A DNA stretch of 64,000 nucleotides from Nitrospirota bacterium (GTDB lineage Bacteria; Nitrospirota; Thermodesulfovibrionia; Thermodesulfovibrionales; JdFR-88), in the NCBI GenBank assembly GCA_021840255.1, contig JAKBYX010000002.1, positions 33,325 to 97,324 of the forward strand, read 5' to 3'. The position numbers and the translations under genes are program-made. This document shows positions 63,579 to 64,000 of the stretch, piece after piece. Position 1 is the stretch's first letter. The number at the start of each line of letters is the position of its first letter. A model generated the notes under the pieces. The model did not search any database. It saw nothing but the letters and a program-made list of their open reading frames with translations, and was not told where the DNA came from.

Positions 63579-64000
63579 TTGCTGAACAGGCCTATGATCT
63601 CCGAATGGGCCAGTATATGCCCTTTCATCGCGGCCTCAAGCTCCTTTTTTCCGCTTCCCGGCGCCAGTGAGAATTTTTCCGTGTCCAGCGCATAGAGCTT
63701 GAAATGATAATGGTGGGTGCCTGAGGGCGGACAAGGCCCGCCATAGCTTCTTTTCCCCCAGCTGTTTACACCCTGTACCGCGCCTCGAGGTACGGAGTTT
63801 GCCTCTATCCTGCCAATGTCTGGATGTATGTTCCACATTACCCAGTGCACCCAGGTGCCGGCGGGGGCATCCGGGTCATCGATTATAAGGGCAAGAGATT
63901 TGGCATCCTTGGGCACGTTCTCCAGGGCAAGCGGGGGGTTTGTGTCATTGCCCCTGCAACTGAACACTTCAGGTATGAACCCGTTTGCCGGAAACGACGG
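63575..64000 (-). CDS. YbhB/YbcL (PEBP/Raf-kinase-inhibitor-like) family protein, N-terminus outside the window
   Basis: DDPDAPAGTWVHWVMWNI and GGPCPPSGTHHYHFKLYAL motifs. The reading frame stays open upstream of the track Met to the window edge (..PSFPANGFIPEVFSC). Confidence 0.8.
   Translation of the reverse strand, partial: PSFPANGFIPEVFSCRGNDTNPPLALENVPKDAKSLALIIDDPDAPAGTWVHWVMWNIHPDIGRIEANSVPRGAVQGVNSWGKRSYGGPCPPSGTHHYHFKLYALDTEKFSLAPGSGKKELEAAMKGHILAHSEIIGLFSK

Overview
This 64-kb window looks like chromosomal core sequence from a diderm bacterium (it has lpxC, mtgA and a signal-peptide beta-barrel protein) of a lineage I cannot place. It is densely coded on both strands. I support about 70 protein genes, most of them housekeeping: ugd, rarA, mtnP, tldD, lpxC, nfo, rmuC, glyA-rpiB-nrdR, rpmE-prfA-prmC, rpsF-ssb-rpsR, hom, greA, pyrK-pyrD, hisH, mtgA and rlmI.

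I found no rRNA, tRNA, CRISPR array, transposase, integrase or phage gene.

The most accessory-like stretch is a metal-uptake island at about 17.4-24.1 kb:
- a decayed CusR-like response-regulator relic;
- a nikR-nikM-nikN-nikQ-nikO ECF transporter operon whose ATPase carries a His-rich C-terminal extension;
- divergently, a clear cobalamin riboswitch with terminator driving cbiM-cbiN, a Cys-rich small protein and a small beta-barrel outer-membrane protein, with no Q/O genes of its own.

Other points worth follow-up:
- a TusA / MoeB-ThiF / JAMM sulfur-carrier-type cluster next to hom, with no carrier (Ubl) gene visible;
- an orphan CbbQ/NorQ AAA+ and CbbO/NorD VWA pair with no Rubisco or NOR neighbour;
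- an enhancer-binding-protein homologue that has lost GAFTGA and its Walker residues;
- a perfect sigma54 -24/-12 element abutting lpxC;
- a histone-H1-like Lys/Ala repeat protein paired with a wHTH protein;
- a three-gene split (archaeal-type) glutamate synthase;
- an inositol-phosphate synthase plus CDP-alcohol transferase pair;
- a window-wide habit of (C/G)AAAAA-type A-rich tracts, both between genes and in frame inside conserved enzymes.

All calls rest on reading the translations and sequence by eye. No database search or RNA-model search was possible.
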